Shown: piece after piece, positions 41,109 to 50,637 of the stretch
Position numbering within the stretch: the first letter of the stretch is position 1
Layout of the letters: every line of letters begins with the position of its first letter
Origin: an uncultured Actinomycetota bacterium
Lineage (GTDB): Bacteria; Actinomycetota; Actinomycetes; Propionibacteriales; Nocardioidaceae
Assembly (NCBI GenBank): GCA_963740935.1
Contig: CAVUFX010000006.1
Location: 982,554-1,046,553 of the forward strand
Length of the DNA: 64,000 bases
Direction of reading: 5' to 3'
Position numbers and translations under genes: made by a program
Notes under the pieces: model-generated
The model's input: the letters and a program-made list of their open reading frames with translations, nothing else
The model's database searches: none
What the model was told of the DNA's origin: nothing

Positions 41109-41914
41109 TGGGCCCGTTCGAATCGGCGGCGATCCTCCTCGCGGGGGTCGCCGCCGGCACGATCAACACCGTCGTCGGCTCCGGCACGCTGATCACGTTC
41201 CCGACGCTGCTCGCCTTCGGCGTGCCCCCCGTGACGGCCAACGTCTCCAACACCCTCGGTCTCGCCCCGGGCTCGCTGTCCGGCGCCATCGGCTACCGCG
41301 CCGAGCTGCGCGGCCAGCGACGGCGCCTCGTCGTCCTGGGCTCGGCCTCGCTCCTCGGCGGCGTCGTCGGGGCGCTGCTGCTGCTCTGGCTGCCGTCGTC
41401 GGCCTTCGACGCGATCGTCCCGGTGCTGATCCTGCTCGGCTGCGCGCTGGTGGTCCTCGGACCGCGGCTGCAGCGCCGGGTGGCGGCCCGGGCGGCCGGT
41501 CGCGGCGGGCTCGCCGAGCACGGCGCCTGGTGGGTGTGGCCTGCGGTCGGACTCGCCGGCGTCTACGGCGGCTACTTCGGGGCCGCCCAGGGCGTGCTGC
41601 TGGTGGCCATCCTGGGCATCGGCGTCGCCGACACGATGCAGCGCCACAACGCGAGCAAGAACGTGCTGGCGCTGATCGTCAACGGCATCGCCGCCGTGGT
41701 GTTCGTGCTGCTCGCGTTCGTCGACGTGCCGTTCGCGCCGTCGAGCTCCGCGGGCAGCATCGACTGGTCGGCGGCCGGGCTGATCGCCGTGGGGTCGGTG
41801 ATCGGGGGCCAGATCGGCGCCAAGGTCGGCCGGCGGCTCCCGCCGCCGCTGCTGCGCGCCGTGATCGTGGTGGTCGGCCTGGTCGCGGTGGCGGCCTTCC
41901 TGCTCCCCGTCTAG
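41108..41914 (+). CDS. TauE/SafE sulfite exporter family
   Basis: AGTINTVVGSGTLITFP, YGGYFGAAQG, NASKN. Confidence 0.9.
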   Translation: MGPFESAAILLAGVAAGTINTVVGSGTLITFPTLLAFGVPPVTANVSNTLGLAPGSLSGAIGYRAELRGQRRRLVVLGSASLLGGVVGALLLLWLPSSAFDAIVPVLILLGCALVVLGPRLQRRVAARAAGRGGLAEHGAWWVWPAVGLAGVYGGYFGAAQGVLLVAILGIGVADTMQRHNASKNVLALIVNGIAAVVFVLLAFVDVPFAPSSSAGSIDWSAAGLIAVGSVIGGQIGAKVGRRLPPPLLRAVIVVVGLVAVAAFLLPV

Positions 41915-41938
41915 CCGCCCCGGCCGCCCCACGACGTA

Positions 41939-41975
41939 CGACGCCCCCGGCCGCGGCTGGCGGTCGGGGGCGTCG
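41939..41975. terminator. GC-rich hairpin between convergent genes, probable bidirectional terminator
   Basis: CGACGCCCCCGGCCGC / GCGGTCGGGGGCGTCG 16-bp stem (with G-U), 5-nt loop. Confidence 0.65.
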
Positions 41976-42002
41976 GGTGGAGCAGGTGCGTCAGGCGACG
42001 CG

Positions 42003-43550
42003 TCAGGCGGGCCGGGCGTGGCTGCGGCTGGACTCGGGGATGACGCCCTCGCGGTCGGTGGGGCCGGGGGCCGGGGCCTTCTCGTCCTGACCGGCGTTGA
42101 CGGCCTCCTCGATGCGCTTGCCGGTGTCGGCGTCGACGCTCTTCCAGTAGTCCAGGACACGGGGGAGCGTCTCGGGCTTCACGCCGCCCAGGATGTGGCC
42201 GGCGACGTTGCCGACGAACCGCTCGCGCTGCTCGTCGTCCCACACCTCGCGGACCAGCGTGCCGGCCTGACCGAAGTCGTCGTCCTCGGCGCGCAGCGTG
42301 TAGGCCTCGCGCACCATGGCGCCGTCGACCTCCCAGCCGTCCTCGGCCACGCCGGTCTCGTCGGCGTAGCCGCGGCCGTAGGAGTTCGGGGCGTAGACCG
42401 GGGCGTCGCCGGAGTGGTCGTAGGCCATCGGGCCGTCGAAGGTGTAGGTGTTGTGGTCGGCCACGCGGTTGCGGTTGACCGGCAGCTGGTGGTAGTTCGG
42501 GCCGATCCGGTAGCGGTGCGTGTCGGCGTACGAGAACACGCGCCCCTGGAGCATCTTGTCGGGGCTGAACCCGATGCCCGGCACGATCGCGCTGGGCTCG
42601 AAGGCCGCCTGCTCGATCTGGGCGAAGAAGTTGTCGGGGTTCTTGTCCAACGTCATCGTGCCGACCTTGATCAGCGGGTAGTCCGCGTGCGACCAGGTCT
42701 TGGTCAGGTCGAACGGGTTGAACCGGTAGGTCTTGGCGTCCTCGTACGGCATCACCTGCACGTGGAGGGTCCAGGAGGGGAAGTCGCCGTCGGCGATGGC
42801 CTCCTGGAGGTCGCGGCGGTGGAAGTCGCTGTCCTCGCCGGCGATCTTGTTGGCCGCCTCCTGGGTCAGGTTGCGGACGCCCTGGTCGGAGTGGAAGTGG
42901 AACTTCACCCACGACTTCTCCCCGGCCGCGTTGATCCACATGTAGGTGTGCGAGCCGTAGCCGTTCATCTCGCGCCACGACGCCGGGATGCCGCGGTCGC
43001 CCATCAGGTAGGTGACCTGGTGCGCCGACTCGGGGTTGAGGGTCCAGAAGTCCCACTGCATGTCGTTGTCGCGCAGCCCGGTGCCGCCGCGACGCTTCTG
43101 CGAGCGGATGAAGTGGGGGAACTTCATGGTGTCGCGCACGAAGAACACCGGGGTGTTGTTGCCGACGAGGTCCCAGTTGCCCTCGGAGGTGTAGAACTTC
43201 AGCGCGAAGCCGCGGGGGTCGCGCCAGGTGTCGGGGGAGCCCTGCTCGCCGGCGACGGTCGAGAACCGGGCCAGCATGTCGGTGCTCACACCGGGCTGGA
43301 ACAGCGCCGCCTTGGTGTACGCCGAGACGTCCTCGGTCGTCTCGAAGGTGCCGAACGCGCCGGACCCCTTGGCGTGCACGTTGCGCTCGGGGACCCGCTC
43401 GCGGTTGAAGTGCGCCATCTGGTTGATGAAGTGGTGGTCGTTGAGCAGGATCGGGCCGGTGTCGCCGACGGTCAGCGAGTTCTTCTCGCTGGGGGCCGGG
43501 GCGCCGGACTCGGTGGTGGAGCCGCCCTGCGGCCGCGTCAGGTCACTCAT
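42003..43550 (-). CDS. Monofunctional small-subunit heme catalase
   Basis: [39 protein letters not shown]. Confidence 0.96.
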   Translation of the reverse strand: MSDLTRPQGGSTTESGAPAPSEKNSLTVGDTGPILLNDHHFINQMAHFNRERVPERNVHAKGSGAFGTFETTEDVSAYTKAALFQPGVSTDMLARFSTVAGEQGSPDTWRDPRGFALKFYTSEGNWDLVGNNTPVFFVRDTMKFPHFIRSQKRRGGTGLRDNDMQWDFWTLNPESAHQVTYLMGDRGIPASWREMNGYGSHTYMWINAAGEKSWVKFHFHSDQGVRNLTQEAANKIAGEDSDFHRRDLQEAIADGDFPSWTLHVQVMPYEDAKTYRFNPFDLTKTWSHADYPLIKVGTMTLDKNPDNFFAQIEQAAFEPSAIVPGIGFSPDKMLQGRVFSYADTHRYRIGPNYHQLPVNRNRVADHNTYTFDGPMAYDHSGDAPVYAPNSYGRGYADETGVAEDGWEVDGAMVREAYTLRAEDDDFGQAGTLVREVWDDEQRERFVGNVAGHILGGVKPETLPRVLDYWKSVDADTGKRIEEAVNAGQDEKAPAPGPTDREGVIPESSRSHARPA

Positions 43551-43627
43551 GCGTGGTCCTCTCGTCGTGGTTCACCACCCGCGCGTACCCGAACCGCGGC
43601 GACCGAACCGCGGCCGCAGGGTGGTCC

Positions 43628-44155
43628 TCAGTGCCGGTAGGTGCCGGTGAGGATGGCGCGGCCCGCCGTCTTGAACGCCAGGTTGAAGCTCACCACCGCC
43701 GGGCTGGCGTCGGCGTCGGCGCCGAGCTGCTCCTCGGTCACCGCGTGCACCACGAAGAAGTAGCGGTGCACCTGGTCGCCCTCCGGCGGGGCCGCCCCGG
43801 CGAACGCCCGGGTGCCGACGTCGTTGCGGACCGTGAAGGCGCCGCCGGGCAGCGTCGCGCCCTCGGCGCCGGCGCCGGTGTCCAGCGAGGTGGTGTCGGC
43901 GGGCAGGTCGACCAGCACCCAGTGCCAGAAGCCCGAGGGCGTCGGCGCGTCGGGGTCGAAGCAGGTGACGGTGAAGCTGCGGGTGCCCTCGGGGGCGCCG
44001 CTCCAGCTCAGCTGCGGCGAGGTGTCGCCGCCGGACGCGACCTGCGCGTCGGCCAGCGGCTGACCGTCGGTGACGTCGTCGCTGGTGACGGTGAACGAGG
44101 GCACGCGGGGGAGCAGGTCGTAGGGGTCGGGGTGCACGGGGCGGTCGAGGCTCAT
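43628..44155 (-). CDS. YbhB/YbcL (PEBP / Raf kinase inhibitor-like) protein
   Basis: [28 protein letters not shown]. Confidence 0.92.
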   Translation of the reverse strand: MSLDRPVHPDPYDLLPRVPSFTVTSDDVTDGQPLADAQVASGGDTSPQLSWSGAPEGTRSFTVTCFDPDAPTPSGFWHWVLVDLPADTTSLDTGAGAEGATLPGGAFTVRNDVGTRAFAGAAPPEGDQVHRYFFVVHAVTEEQLGADADASPAVVSFNLAFKTAGRAILTGTYRH

Positions 44156-44222
44156 GGCCCCGAACCTAGTCCGCACGGTGGCGGGGGTCGGGGCGATCAC
44201 CCCGACGCCTCACAATGGGTGC

Positions 44223-45509
44223 GTGAACGGCACGAGCACTCCACCGCCCGACCGTCCGACGTACGCCGTGGGGCTGCGCCTCGCCGGCCGCCGCGTGCTG
44301 GTCGTCGGGGGCGGCAACGTCGCCCAGCGGCGGGTGCCGACCCTGATCGCGGCCGGTGCCGACGTGCACCTGGTGTCCCCGGAGGTCACCCCGGCCATCG
44401 AGGGCCTGGTCGGCTCGGGCGAGATCACCTGGGCCGAGCGCGGCTTCGAGGACGGCGACCTCGACGGCGCGTGGTACGTCCTGGCCGCGACCGACGAGCC
44501 GGCGGTCAACGCACGCGTCTGCGACCTGGCCGAGGCGCAGCGGCTGTGGTGCGTGCGGGCCGACGACGCCGAGGAGGGCACCGCCTTCACCCCGGCCGTC
44601 GGCACCCACGACGGCGACCTGGTGGCCGTGATGGCCAGCACCGCCGCCGACCGGGACCCCCGGCACCACGCGGCGCTGCGCGACGAGATCGTCGCCGCGA
44701 TGCGGCAGGGCGCCGTCTCCGCCCGCCGACACCGCGAGCGCGTGCCCGGCGTGGTCCTCGTCGGCGGCGGGCCGGGCGACCCGGAGCTGGTCACGATCGC
44801 CGGGCGCAAGGCGCTGATGGACGCCGACGTGGTGGTGGCCGACCGGCTGGCCCCGCGCGAGCTGCTCGCCGAGCTGCCCTCGACGACCCGCATCGTCGAC
44901 GTCGCCAAGCTGCCCCGCGGGCGATCCGCGCTGCAGGAGGAGATCAACCGGGTCATCGTCGAGGAGGCGCTGGCCGGTCGCCGCGTGGCGCGGTTCAAGG
45001 GCGGCGACAACTTCGTCTTCGGCCGCGGCTACGAGGAGATCCAGGCCTGCGAGGCCGCCGGGGTCCCGGTCACGGTGATCCCCGGCATCAGCAGCCCGGT
45101 GGCGGTCCCGGCGATCGCCGGCATCCCGGTGACGCACCGCGGCGTGACCCACGAGTTCACCGTGGTCAGCGGGCACCTGCCGCCCGGGCACCCCGAGTCG
45201 CTGGTCAACTGGGACGCGCTGGCCCGGCTCACCGGCACCGTGGTGCTGATGATGGCGGTCGAGAACGCCCCCCACATCGCCGCAGCGCTGCTCGCGGGCG
45301 GCCGGCCCGACGGCACGCCGGTGGCGGTGGTGTGCGACGGCTCGATGCCCACCGAGCGCACCGTGCTCACCACCCTCGGCGGGCTCGCCGCGTCGCTGGA
45401 GTCCGAGCGCGTCCGGCCCCCGGCGATCATCGTGGTGGGCGACGTCGTGGCCGTCGCCCGGCCGCAGGACTACCCGGGCCACCTGCTGCCGGGCACGCAG
45501 GACGCCTGA
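44223..45509 (+). CDS. cysG: CysG-like fusion: precorrin-2 dehydrogenase/ferrochelatase domain + uroporphyrinogen-III C-methyltransferase
   Basis: VLVVGGGNVA Rossmann fold; GGGPGDPEL, RFKGGDNFVFGRGYEE, IPGISS. Confidence 0.88.
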   Translation: MNGTSTPPPDRPTYAVGLRLAGRRVLVVGGGNVAQRRVPTLIAAGADVHLVSPEVTPAIEGLVGSGEITWAERGFEDGDLDGAWYVLAATDEPAVNARVCDLAEAQRLWCVRADDAEEGTAFTPAVGTHDGDLVAVMASTAADRDPRHHAALRDEIVAAMRQGAVSARRHRERVPGVVLVGGGPGDPELVTIAGRKALMDADVVVADRLAPRELLAELPSTTRIVDVAKLPRGRSALQEEINRVIVEEALAGRRVARFKGGDNFVFGRGYEEIQACEAAGVPVTVIPGISSPVAVPAIAGIPVTHRGVTHEFTVVSGHLPPGHPESLVNWDALARLTGTVVLMMAVENAPHIAAALLAGGRPDGTPVAVVCDGSMPTERTVLTTLGGLAASLESERVRPPAIIVVGDVVAVARPQDYPGHLLPGTQDA

Positions 45510-46319
45510 GTGGCGACGTACGTCGAGGTCACCGACGTCGACGACCCGGTGCTCGGCGACTACCGCCACCTGCGCGACGTGCACCTGCGCCAGTCGCTCG
45601 AGGCCGAGCACGGGCTGTTCCTCGCCGAGGGCGAGAAGGTCGTACGACGCGCCGTCGAGGCCGGCTACGAGCCGCGGTCGTTCCTGATGGCGCCCCGCTG
45701 GCTCGACGGCCTGACCGACGTCCTCGAGCGCACCGACGCCCCCTGCTACGTCGCCTCGGAGGCGCTGACCGAGGCCGTCACCGGCTTCCACGTGCACCGC
45801 GGCGCGCTGGCCTCGCTCCACCGCCGGCCGCTGCCGGACGTCGCCGAGGTGCTCGCCGGCGCCCGGACGGTCGTGGTGCTCGAGGACGTCGTCGACCACA
45901 CCAACGTCGGTGCCGTGCTCCGCAGCGCCGCGGCGCTCGGTGTGGACGCGGTGCTGCTCGCGCCCCGGTGCGCCGACCCGCTCTACCGGCGGGCGGTCAA
46001 GGTGGCGATGGGGGCGGTGTTCAAGGTGCCGTGGACCCGCCTGCCCGACTGGTACGACGCGCTCCCGCAGCTGCACGAGGCCGGGTTCACCACCGTGGCG
46101 CTCACCCTGGCCGACGACGCGGTCGAGCTCGAGCAGGCGGTCGCGGGCCGCGACCGGGTCGCGCTGCTGCTGGGCTCGGAGGGCCACGGTCTCTCCGAGC
46201 GCTGGCAGGAGGCGGCCGACGTACGCGCGGTGGTGCCGATGCGCGCCGGGGTCGACTCGCTCAACGTCGCCGCGGCGGCCGCCGTGGCCTGCTACGTCAC
46301 CGTCCGCCGCCGGCGGTAG
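45510..46319 (+). CDS. TrmH/SpoU family RNA methyltransferase
   Basis: DHTNVGAVLRSAAALG, LGSEGHGL, PM..GVDSLNVA. Confidence 0.92.
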   Translation: MATYVEVTDVDDPVLGDYRHLRDVHLRQSLEAEHGLFLAEGEKVVRRAVEAGYEPRSFLMAPRWLDGLTDVLERTDAPCYVASEALTEAVTGFHVHRGALASLHRRPLPDVAEVLAGARTVVVLEDVVDHTNVGAVLRSAAALGVDAVLLAPRCADPLYRRAVKVAMGAVFKVPWTRLPDWYDALPQLHEAGFTTVALTLADDAVELEQAVAGRDRVALLLGSEGHGLSERWQEAADVRAVVPMRAGVDSLNVAAAAAVACYVTVRRRR

Positions 46320-46378
46320 TCCGAGACGAAGGGCACCACTGGGGGACCCGAAGTGGTGCCAAACGTCTCGGACTACCG
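46314..46378. repeat. 65-nt nested inverted repeat containing both stop codons of two convergent genes
   Basis: CGGTAGTCCGAGACG (46314-46328) / CGTCTCGGACTACCG (46364-46378) perfect 15 bp; inner GGCACCACT / AGTGGTGCC. Confidence 0.85.
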
Positions 46379-47359
46379 GGGCAGGGGGCGCGCGAGCGAG
46401 GCCAGCTCGTCGAGGGAGGCGTTGCCGCCGCTGACGACGACGGCGGAGACGGCCGGGGCGACGGGGCGCGCCAGGAGCGCGGCGAGCGCCGCGGCTCCGG
46501 CACCCTCGGCGAGGGTGTGGGCGTCGGTGGCGAGCACCCGGGCCGCGGCGTCGATCTGGTCGTCGGAGACCAGGACGAACTCGTCGAGCCCGGCGGCCAT
46601 CACCGACTGGGGCAGGGCGTAGCCCGCGCAGGTGGCCAGGCCGGCCACCCGGGTGCGGCAGTCGGCGGTGACCAGCGCGCCGGTGCTCCACGACCGGTGC
46701 GCGGCCGGGGCGGCCGAGGACTGGACGCCGACGACGCGGCAGTGCGGGGCGATCGCGTCGCGGACCAGGCAGGCGCCGGCGGCGCTGGTGCCGCTGCCGA
46801 TCGGCACGAACAGCACCTCGAGGTCGGGGTGGGACCGGAACAGCTCGAGGTGCAGCGTCGCGTGGCCCAGCACGATCGCCGGGTCGTCGCCGGGGGAGAC
46901 CCAGCGCAGGCCGTCGCGGGCGGCGAGGTGCCGGGCGTGTGCGGCGGAGGCCCCCAGGTCGGGGCCGTGGACGACGACCTCGGCGCCCAGGGCGGCCACC
47001 GCGTCGCGCTTGACCTCGGGGGCCGACTCCGGCATCACGACGACGGCGCGGGTGCCGGCCAGCCGGGCGGCGTACGCCGTGGACTGGGCGTGGTTGCCGG
47101 TCGAGGCGGTGACCAGCCCACGACGGACCTCCTCGGGCGACAGCGAGGCGGCCAGGTTGACCCCGCCGCGCACCTTGAACGCACCGGTGGGCTGGACGTT
47201 CTCGTGCTTGAGCACCACCCGGCCGCCGACGCGCCGGTCCAGGACGGGGTAGGACCACGACGGCGTCGGCGGCAGGTGCCGCGCGACGACCTCGGCGGCC
47301 CGCAGCACGTCGTCGAGGTCGAGGACGGGTGCGGGGGGCAGCAGCGGGGTCGGGGTCAT
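46373..47359 (-). CDS. PLP-dependent threonine/serine dehydratase-like protein (no ACT domain)
   Basis: KHENVQPTGAFKVRG, ASTGNHAQ, VPIGSG, EGAGA, SGGN. Confidence 0.9.
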   Translation of the reverse strand: MTPTPLLPPAPVLDLDDVLRAAEVVARHLPPTPSWSYPVLDRRVGGRVVLKHENVQPTGAFKVRGGVNLAASLSPEEVRRGLVTASTGNHAQSTAYAARLAGTRAVVVMPESAPEVKRDAVAALGAEVVVHGPDLGASAAHARHLAARDGLRWVSPGDDPAIVLGHATLHLELFRSHPDLEVLFVPIGSGTSAAGACLVRDAIAPHCRVVGVQSSAAPAAHRSWSTGALVTADCRTRVAGLATCAGYALPQSVMAAGLDEFVLVSDDQIDAAARVLATDAHTLAEGAGAAALAALLARPVAPAVSAVVVSGGNASLDELASLARPLPR

Positions 47360-47417
47360 CGGCCCAGTCTCGGCCCGCGGACACCGATCGGTCCAATAGA
47401 CGTGGTGGCCCGAAACC

Positions 47418-47432
47418 ATCGCCGGTGTCGAT
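47418..47432. promoter_or_regulatory. LysR-type binding site (T-N11-A dyad)
   Basis: ATCG-N7-CGAT between the divergent LysR and dehydratase genes, abutting the LysR -10 TAGGAT. Confidence 0.6.
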
Positions 47433-47443
47433 AGGATGCGGCC

Positions 47444-48331
47444 GTGCTCGACGTACGCCGCCTCGAGGCGCTGCTCGCCGTGGCCCGCACCGGCTCGGTG
47501 TCGGCCGCCGCCGAGGAGCTGCACTACGGCCAGCCCACGGTCTCGCACCACCTGCGACGCCTCGAGTCCGAGACCGGGGCGGTGCTGCTGCAGCGGGTGG
47601 GGCGCGGCGTACGACTGACCGCGGAGGGGCGTCGGCTCGCCGACCGTGCCGAGGAGCTGCTCGGCCTGCTCCAGCGCGCCGAGACCGAGCTCGCCGACGC
47701 CACCACCCTGCGCCAGGGTCGGGTCCGGCTCGCCGCCTTCCCCTCCGCGACGGCCACGCTGGTCCCGCGGCTGCTCGCCGCGCTGGCCCGCGAGGCGCCC
47801 GGGCTGGTGCTGGAGCTGACCGAGGCGGAGCCGCCCGAGGGGATCGCGCTGCTGCGCTCCGGCGAGGTCGACCTCGCGCTCGCCTTCAGCTACCCCGACC
47901 GCGCCGAGGACCCGCAGCTCACCGTCACCGAGCTGCTCGACGACCCGCTGTTCCTCGTCACCGACGCCGCCCGCGCCCCGTCGGGTGCGCTGCGCGACCT
48001 CGGGGCGTACGCCGGGGCGCGCTGGGTCACCGGCTGCGAGCGCTGCCGCGGCGAGCTGCTCGTGCTGGGGGAGGCCGCCGGCTTCGAGCCCGAGGTGGTG
48101 TTCGCGACCGACGACTACGTCGCGGTCCAGGCGATGGTCGCCGCCGGGCTGGGCGTCAGCCTGCTGCCGGGGCTGGCGCTGGAGGCGCACCGCCACCCCG
48201 ACGTCACGGTGACGCCGGTCCCGGGCGCCTGGCGCCGGATCCACGTGCTGGGCTACGGCCAGCCGCCGCTGCCGCCGGCCGTGGCCCGCGTCGTCGGGCT
48301 GCTGCTGGCGATGGGCGACCCGCAGGCGTGA
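47444..48331 (+). CDS. LysR-family transcriptional regulator
   Basis: GSVSAAAEELHYGQPTVSHHLRRLE, RGVRLTAEG, GEVDLAL. Confidence 0.95.
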   Translation: MLDVRRLEALLAVARTGSVSAAAEELHYGQPTVSHHLRRLESETGAVLLQRVGRGVRLTAEGRRLADRAEELLGLLQRAETELADATTLRQGRVRLAAFPSATATLVPRLLAALAREAPGLVLELTEAEPPEGIALLRSGEVDLALAFSYPDRAEDPQLTVTELLDDPLFLVTDAARAPSGALRDLGAYAGARWVTGCERCRGELLVLGEAAGFEPEVVFATDDYVAVQAMVAAGLGVSLLPGLALEAHRHPDVTVTPVPGAWRRIHVLGYGQPPLPPAVARVVGLLLAMGDPQA

Positions 48332-48407
48332 GCGGGACGGGTGACGACGACGACCAGTGAGAACAAGTGCGTGACAGCGGCGCTGGGCCGGTCCTACCCT
48401 CGGGGCC

Positions 48408-49992
48408 GTGCCCGACCTGACCCCCGACGACCCGGAGTTCTTCGCCGGCCTCGTCGCCCAGGTCGCGGACTACGCCATCATCTCGCTGGACCCGCAGGGC
48501 CTGATCACGTCGTGGAACACCGGAGCCGAGCGGGTCAAGCAGTACACCGCCGACGAGGCCCTGGGCCGCAGCTTCGTCGCGTTCTACACCGACGACGACC
48601 GGCGGGCCGGGTTGCCGATGCAGCTGCTGGAGAAGGCCCGACGACAGGGCCGCGTCGAGCACACCGGCTGGCGACGGCGCAAGGACGGCACGCTGTTCTG
48701 GGGCGACGTGGTCATCACCGCGCTGCGCGACGCCGAGGGTCGGGACGTGGGCTTCGTCAAGGTGACGCGTGACCTGACCGACCAGCACGAGCTGGAGACC
48801 CGGCTGCGCATCAGCGAGGAGCGGCTGCGGCTGCTGGTGGGGCAGGTGGCGGACTACGCCATCATCGCGCTGGACCCCCAGGGGACCATCGAGACCTGGA
48901 ACCTCGGTGCCGAGCGGCTCAAGGGCTACCGCGAGCACGAGGCGCTGGGCATGAGCTTCGCCAACTTCTACACCGCCGAGGACCGGCGCGCCGGCCTACC
49001 CGCTCGGCTGCTGGAGACGGCCCGACAGGACGGCCGGGTCCAGCACGCCGGGTGGCGGGTGCGCCGAGACGGCACCCGGTTCTGGGGCGACGTCGTCATC
49101 ACGGCGCTCCACGACGACGCGGGCACCCTCACCGGCTACGCCAAGGTGACGCGCGACCGCACCGACCTCAAGCGGCTCGAGGAGGCGCAGGACGCCTTCT
49201 ACGCCGCCTTCCGACACGACTTCCGGGCGCCGCTCAGCGCGTTGCACGGGTTCGTGCAGCTCCTGCGTGAGGCCGACGAGGAGGACCGCGACCACCTGTT
49301 CGACCGGATCGAGTCGAGCGCCGACCGCCTGATGGCGATGGTCGAGGGGCTCGTGGAGTTCGCCACGACCCGGGCCGGCGCGGCCCACCTGACCCCGGAG
49401 ACCGTCGACGTCGCCCAGGTGGTGCGCGACGTCGTCGCCGACCTCGGGCCCGAGCTGCGTCCGCGCCGGGTGGTGGTCACCGGCGAGGAGGCGCTGGCCG
49501 TGGCCGACGGCGAGGCGCTGCACCGCGTGGTGACCAACCTCGTGGTCAACGCGCTGAAGTACTCCGCTCCCGACACGCCGGTGCACGTCGCTGTGGCCCT
49601 GGCTCCTGGGGAGCTGACCTCGGCAGACCCGGGCCAGGGGGACGGTTCAGGGGACGCCGGCCCGGACGCCGGCCCGGACGGCGCGCCGCAGCAGGGCGTG
49701 GAGATCCGGGTCCAGGACCGCGGGCGCGGCATCGACCCCCGCGACCTGGAGCGCGTCTTCGAGGAGCTCGAGCGGGGCCGGCTCGCCGTGGCCGACGGCG
49801 GCACCGGGCTGGGCCTGGCGAGCGTGAGGCAGCTGGTCGAGCAGCTAGCAGGGCACGGTGCGCCTCGAGAGCGAGCTGGGGCGCGGCACCACGGCGGTGG
49901 TCTGGCTGCCCCGGCAGCCCGACCCGCACCCGGGGGCGGGTCAGTCCCCGGTGGCGGCGGGGGAGGGGACGGCCGGCCAGCCCTCGGGGTAG
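48408..49992 (+). CDS. Cytoplasmic PAS-PAS sensor histidine kinase; apparent single T insertion at 49846
   Basis: Two near-duplicate PAS/PAC domains, HDFRAPL, NLVVNALKYS, DRGRGI, GTGLGL; removing T49846 restores QQGTVRLESELGRGTT...stop 49992. Confidence 0.85.
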
Positions 49993-50561
49993 TCGGGCGC
50001 CTCGGCCTCCATCTGCTTGCGCAGCCGCTTGCGCGCCTTGGCCGCCACGCGGTCGCCGAACACGGTGCCCAGGGTGTGGTCGGTCTCGTGCTGCAGGCAG
50101 CGGGCGAGCAGGCCGTCGCCCTCGTAGGAGACCTCGTGGCCGTCGGCGTCGGTGCCGGTCACCCGCGCCCAGTCGGGGCGGGGGCACTCCACGAACGCGC
50201 CGGGGTAGGACAGGCAGCCCTCGTCGCCGTCGTCGAGCCGGCGGTCGCGGCCCACGGGCAGCGCCACCTCGGGGTTGCAGACCACGCCGCGGTGGGTGGT
50301 GCCGTCCTCGTCGGGGCAGTCGAAGACGAACACCGCCAGGTCGACCCCGACCTGGCAGGCGGCCAGCCCGACACCGTCGGCGGCGTACATCGTGGCGACC
50401 ATGTCGGCCACGAGGGCGCGCAACTCGTCGTCGTACGCCGTGACCGGCTGCTGGCGGCGGTGCATCACCTCGGTGCCCCACCGGGTGATCGGACGGACCG
50501 TGCCCCCGGTCGGCAGCGTGGCCGAGGTCGGGGCGACGGGGAGATCGCTGGTGTCACGCAT
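49941..50561 (-). CDS. def: Peptide deformylase
   Basis: GVGLAACQ, EGCLS, HETDH. Confidence 0.93.
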   Translation of the reverse strand: MRDTSDLPVAPTSATLPTGGTVRPITRWGTEVMHRRQQPVTAYDDELRALVADMVATMYAADGVGLAACQVGVDLAVFVFDCPDEDGTTHRGVVCNPEVALPVGRDRRLDDGDEGCLSYPGAFVECPRPDWARVTGTDADGHEVSYEGDGLLARCLQHETDHTLGTVFGDRVAAKARKRLRKQMEAEAPDYPEGWPAVPSPAATGD

Positions 50562-50612
50562 GGGCGGATCCTATGCGTGAGCCGCGACACGGGACGAGGG
50601 TGTGGCGCGGTG

Positions 50613-50629
50613 TGTAACTCACAGTTACA
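50613..50629. promoter_or_regulatory. Perfect palindromic operator overlapping the -10 of the acyl-CoA dehydrogenase pair
   Basis: TGTAACT-CAC-AGTTACA; TACATT (50626-50631) lies 6 nt before ATG 50638. Confidence 0.7.
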
Positions 50630-50637
50630 TTGGCGTC

